Shown piece by piece: positions 60,063-64,000 of a DNA stretch of 64,000 bases. The notes under the pieces were generated by a model. That model did no database searches, was not told the DNA's origin, and saw nothing but the letters and a program-made list of their open reading frames with translations. This stretch comes from an uncultured Candidatus Binatia bacterium (GTDB lineage Bacteria; Desulfobacterota; Binatia; UBA9968; CAXXLF01): the NCBI GenBank assembly GCA_965218425.1, contig OZ244621.1, forward strand, positions 3,392,001 through 3,456,000. Reading direction: 5' to 3'. A program made the position numbers and the translations under genes. How positions within the stretch are numbered: position 1 is the first letter of the stretch; each line of letters starts with the position of its first letter.

Positions 60063-61127
60063 CTACTTAGGGGGCTCATAACCTATCTGCTTATATTCCT
60101 TTAGAATTTCGGGTTTCCACTGCGTATAGATACGCGCAGCCGTTTGTACCTCGTCACCAGAATAGACCCCGCCAAAGGTTGTGCCCCTTAGCACCAGTGT
60201 CTCCCATTCCTTTTGGAATTTGCGATCCTTGCCGACTTTCAACAATGCCGCTTCGAGAGGACCCCTGATACTTTCCGGAGTTCCAGGCGGTAGCGCCATG
60301 GAAGCGCTTAACCGCCCCGTTGTGTTGAACTTGCGTATGATCTCACGGTGGCTCTCTTTTTTAGCGAAGTCCATGAGCGCAGGCACGTTGGCAAAGAGGG
60401 GATAATCCAAGGGAGGCAACCTTTCCGGGAGGGTCACGGCAACATGGGGGACGACCAAACCTTTTTTTATCATATCGGGACGTCTCGCCAGCAAGCTCGC
60501 GGCGTCATTGACTCGGCCATCCACTTCACGCCGCTCGATGGCGAGGTCCAGTTCGGTGGTTGAATAACCCACAACCCAGCGAACGTTCAATCCCAATATC
60601 TGCTCCATGAGGCGCCCATAGATATAGGAACGATGCCCTACGCGTGGGGCACCCAGAGCAATTCTTTTCTTTTTCAAGTCTTTCAGTGTATTGAATCCCG
60701 CTTGCTTATGGGTATAGAGGACATTGCGTTGTTTACCGGTGCTGACGGATCCGATCCAGGTATTCTTGTGAGGCGTATAGTTAGCACCGGGAAAACCAAG
60801 AAACGAAATCTCCAAACCTGAAGCCGTCTCCATCAGGATGACCGAACCATCGGGCTTGGCCTTCTGGAACCGTAGGTTGGCTGGAATGGCTTTCCCACCC
60901 GGAATGTTTTGGACAATGAAATCGGGGCTTCCAGGCAAGTATTTTGCCAGGTACTTGGCAATCGTACGACTCTGACGATCGATCCTCCCCCCAGGGTCCC
61001 AGGCCACGATGAGAGTAATGCTCTTGCCATCGAAACTATACTGGGCCTGGGTCTTGTTCGGACTAACTGCCAAGGCCATGATCACCAGAATGATCGCAAG
61101 GTTTAAAAGAACTCTCTTCCCTTGCAT
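60063..61127 (-). CDS. TctC/Bug family substrate-binding protein
   Basis: Signal peptide, GKSITLIV..PGGRID, YLPGSP..VQNIPGG, KPDG. Confidence 0.88.
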   Translation of the reverse strand: MQGKRVLLNLAIILVIMALAVSPNKTQAQYSFDGKSITLIVAWDPGGRIDRQSRTIAKYLAKYLPGSPDFIVQNIPGGKAIPANLRFQKAKPDGSVILMETASGLEISFLGFPGANYTPHKNTWIGSVSTGKQRNVLYTHKQAGFNTLKDLKKKRIALGAPRVGHRSYIYGRLMEQILGLNVRWVVGYSTTELDLAIERREVDGRVNDAASLLARRPDMIKKGLVVPHVAVTLPERLPPLDYPLFANVPALMDFAKKESHREIIRKFNTTGRLSASMALPPGTPESIRGPLEAALLKVGKDRKFQKEWETLVLRGTTFGGVYSGDEVQTAARIYTQWKPEILKEYKQIGYEPPK

Positions 61128-61153
61128 CCTATTCCTCCTTGAATCGTCGAAGC

Positions 61154-62218
61154 CTATTGTTTAGGGGCCTGGTAGCCCAAGCGCCGATAGCCCTTTAAGA
61201 CCTCAGGCTTCCATGACGTGTACGTGGTCACGGCCTTTTCCACCTCAGCGGCAGAAAACACGCCTTGAAAGGGCCGGATGCCCACTTCTTTCACCCACGC
61301 ACGTTGAAACGCTTTATCTTTGCCCAATTTAATGACAGCCTGTTCCAAGATCTTTCTGACGGAGTTTGGTGTTCCCGGTGGCAGCGCAAAAGAACCACCC
61401 AGTCGGTCCGTGGTGTTGAATTTCCGGATGATTTCGCGGTGGAGTTCGGTTTTCGCAAAGTTATAAAGAGAAGGCACCTTAGCCAATAGAGGATCATCGA
61501 TGGGTGGTAGGTACTCCGGCAGTGCCATGGCCACGTGGGGAACAATCTGTCGTTTTTCGAACCAGTCAGGTCGATCTCTCTGTGCAGAGGCGGAGTCGTT
61601 AACCCTTCCATCCAGCTCTCCCCGTTCGATGGCGATGTAAAGCTCCGGTGTCGTGTAACCAAGGACCCAGCGTATTTTTAGATCCAAGACTTCCGCGATA
61701 ACTCGGCCATAGATGTAGGAACGGTGGCCTACACCTTGGGAACCCAGAGCGACCGTACGAGACCTGAGGTCTTCGAGGGTGTTGAATCCGGCTTGCTTAT
61801 GGGTGAAAAGCACATTGCGTTGTTTGCCGGTGCCGACAGCGCCCACCCAAACGTAGTCTCTAGGGTTATATTTTGCTCCGGGGGCACCAAAATATGGGGC
61901 TTCCATATCCGAGGAGACCACCGTAGCGATCACCGTCCCATCGTTTCTCGAGCGAGAAAACTTCATTTGCGCGGGAATCCCTTTGCCACCGGGTATATTT
62001 TGAATCAGGATACTGGGTTTCCCCGGGATGTATTTCCTCAAGAACTTCGCTGTGGTCCTTGAGATCCGGTCGCGGCGTCCCCCGGGTGCTGACCCCAAAA
62101 TCATCGTGATGGTTTTGCCTTCGAAATAGGGTTGGGCTTGTGTGGTGCCCGGAGTTGTCACTGACCCCATGGCGATGAACACACCTGTAAAAACTGAAAT
62201 GTAATGCCTTAAGCTCAT
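61154..62218 (-). CDS. TctC/Bug family substrate-binding protein
   Basis: GKTITMI..PGGRRD, YIPGKP..QNIPGG, LPPGTP. Confidence 0.88.
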   Translation of the reverse strand: MSLRHYISVFTGVFIAMGSVTTPGTTQAQPYFEGKTITMILGSAPGGRRDRISRTTAKFLRKYIPGKPSILIQNIPGGKGIPAQMKFSRSRNDGTVIATVVSSDMEAPYFGAPGAKYNPRDYVWVGAVGTGKQRNVLFTHKQAGFNTLEDLRSRTVALGSQGVGHRSYIYGRVIAEVLDLKIRWVLGYTTPELYIAIERGELDGRVNDSASAQRDRPDWFEKRQIVPHVAMALPEYLPPIDDPLLAKVPSLYNFAKTELHREIIRKFNTTDRLGGSFALPPGTPNSVRKILEQAVIKLGKDKAFQRAWVKEVGIRPFQGVFSAAEVEKAVTTYTSWKPEVLKGYRRLGYQAPKQ

Positions 62219-62238
62219 TGAGCGAATCCTCCTGATGT

Positions 62239-63300
62239 TTATCTAGGGGCCTGATACCCCAGGCGCTGATAGGCCTTTAAGACGTCCGGTTTCCAGTCCG
62301 TGTAGATTTGGACCGCTTCCTCCACCTCCGCAGCCGAAAACACGCCTTGGTAGGGCTTGATCCCCACCTGAATTTCCCATGCCTTTTGGAACTTTGGATC
62401 TTTGCCCATTTTCAGTAGCGCCTGTTCGACGATCTTCCTAATGCGGTCCGGCGTGCCTGGAGGGAATGCAAAGGCACCGCCTAACTTATCCGTGGTGTTT
62501 AACTTACGTATGATATCGCGGTGAAGATCCGTCTTGGCGAATTTCATGACAGAAACCGTATTGGCAAAGACGGGATGGTCTATGGGAGGCAGATCTTCCG
62601 GCATGGTGGTGGCGACAGGAGCGTAGATTTGTCGTTTTTCGAACCAGTCTGGCCGATCCCTCATGGCGCTGGCGGCGTCGTTGTAGCCGCCGTCAATTTC
62701 GCCACGCTCCACGGCGATGTACCGTCCGGGTGAAGAGTAGCCCAGAACCCAGCGAATCTTCAAGCCTAAAATTTCACCGGTAATCCGGCCGTTCAAATAA
62801 ACACGGTGGCCAAGACGGTGTGCCCCCAGGGCCATTTCACGTGACCTCAAGTCTTCCAGAGATTTGAAACCTGCCTGAGTGTGGAGCAAGAGAGTCTGGC
62901 GGTTCTTCCCCGTACCGATTGACCCGATATACATATACTTCTGTGGATCATAGTTAGCCCCAGGTGTGCCGAAATAGGGTGCTTCCGTGGCAGTGGAGGT
63001 GATGACACCCATGACGGAGCCATCGGGTCTCCCGTTAAATATCTTTAACTGGGAGGGGACCTCCTTGCCGCCGGGAATGTTTTGCACCAGTATCGTCGGG
63101 TTTCCCGGTATATACTTGGTAAGGAACTTGGCCGTAGTCCGAGTAATCCGATCCCTCCGGCCTCCCGGTTGGGTGCCTACGATCAAAGTGATCGTCTTAC
63201 CCTTGAAGTAGGGCTCGGCATATATCGAATCCGGAGTGGTTACTGGCCCCAAGAGCATCACCAATCCGGCAAGAAAAACTAGCACCAATCTTCTTCGCAT
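62239..63300 (-). CDS. TctC/Bug family substrate-binding protein
   Basis: GKTITLIV..PGGRRD, YIPGNP..QNIPGG, FPPGTP. Confidence 0.88.
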   Translation of the reverse strand: MRRRLVLVFLAGLVMLLGPVTTPDSIYAEPYFKGKTITLIVGTQPGGRRDRITRTTAKFLTKYIPGNPTILVQNIPGGKEVPSQLKIFNGRPDGSVMGVITSTATEAPYFGTPGANYDPQKYMYIGSIGTGKNRQTLLLHTQAGFKSLEDLRSREMALGAHRLGHRVYLNGRITGEILGLKIRWVLGYSSPGRYIAVERGEIDGGYNDAASAMRDRPDWFEKRQIYAPVATTMPEDLPPIDHPVFANTVSVMKFAKTDLHRDIIRKLNTTDKLGGAFAFPPGTPDRIRKIVEQALLKMGKDPKFQKAWEIQVGIKPYQGVFSAAEVEEAVQIYTDWKPDVLKAYQRLGYQAPR

Positions 63301-63320
63301 AGTCCACGTTCTCCTGAATG

Positions 63321-64000
63321 TTATGTCGGCGGTTCATAGCCCAAGCGCTGATAGGCTTTTAAAACATCTGGTTTCCAGTCCGTGTAGAATTTAACTGCGT
63401 CTTGAACCTGTGCGAAGCTGAGAAAATACCTGGAAAGGGTTTTATGCCCACCTCGATTTCCCATGCCTTGATAAATTTCAGATCCTTACCCATGTTTTGC
63501 ATGGCCTGCTCTCCGATTCTCCTGATGCGGTCTGGTGTGCCTGGTGGGAAGGCAAACGCATACCCTAACTGGCCCGTGATATTAAGCTTTTGAATGATGT
63601 TGCGGCGGAGGTCCGTCTTGGCGAATTGCATGAGGGAAGGTGTGTTCGCGAAGATTGGGTGATCCAAGGGAGGCATGTCTTTCGGCGACGTCACCGCGAT
63701 ATTGGCGACGATGAGACGTTCATCGAACCGGTCCCGCCGCTCCCTGTAGGCACTGGCAGCATCGTTGCAACCTCCGTCTATCTCGCCACGATCCACGGCG
63801 ATATACCGGCTAGGTGAGGAGTAGCCGAGCACCCAGCGAATCTTCAGGCCCAGGACTTCGCCGATCAAGCGGCAGGTCATGTATACACGATGACCAATCC
63901 GGTGGGCACCCAGGGCCACTTCACATGACTTCAATTCCTCCAGGGAGTTGAACCTCGCTTGTTTATGGGTGAAGAGGGTCTGGCGAAAGCTGCCGGTGCC
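63321..64000 (-). pseudogene. Fourth TctC/Bug paralog (5' end outside window), frameshifted near the 3' end
   Basis: Collinear with neighbours. Removing a duplicated CA at ~63410 restores FSASQVQDAVKFYTDWKPDVLKAYQRLGYEPPT*. Confidence 0.8.

Noticed and set aside
36083..64000. Repeated DNA segments as a possible CRISPR, DGR or shufflon
   Set aside because: The repeats are whole-gene paralogs with synonymous divergence; there are no spacers, reverse transcriptase or recombinase

Overview
Bacterial accessory and catabolic region. No rRNA, tRNA or CRISPR array was found. The left ~23 kb is a mosaic. It holds a bactofilin plus M23 peptidase pair, an MFS transporter, an amidohydrolase, GST, a ThDP enzyme, MltF, a UbiD, and a PLP histidine/serine-decarboxylase-like gene with an ACT partner. 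It also holds one intact IS3 (IS407-type) element, IS630/IS256/IS3 remnants, a phage head-protein fragment, a truncated CBASS CD-NTase and many gene stubs. From 23.6 kb onward there is a large organic/aromatic-compound catabolic island. It starts with an LLM-SDR-CoA transferase III-Cys-less thiolase-DUF35 operon and an orphan lpdA, followed by an AMDase-like gene, a UbiD and an ABC transporter. Next come two similarly built convergent modules, each reading [cupin + amidohydrolase genes] -> <- [downstream enzyme, Rieske beta, Rieske alpha]. These modules carry a NahE/PhdJ-like hydratase-aldolase, a DesZ/LigB-like extradiol dioxygenase and a Pht4-like dihydrodiol dehydrogenase. The window ends with a second ABC system, a Pht5-like protein, a fused TctA-TctB and four tandem TctC binding proteins. 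The gene content resembles uncultured Candidatus Binatia-like genomes (inference only). All family calls come from motif recognition by eye, not from database searches.
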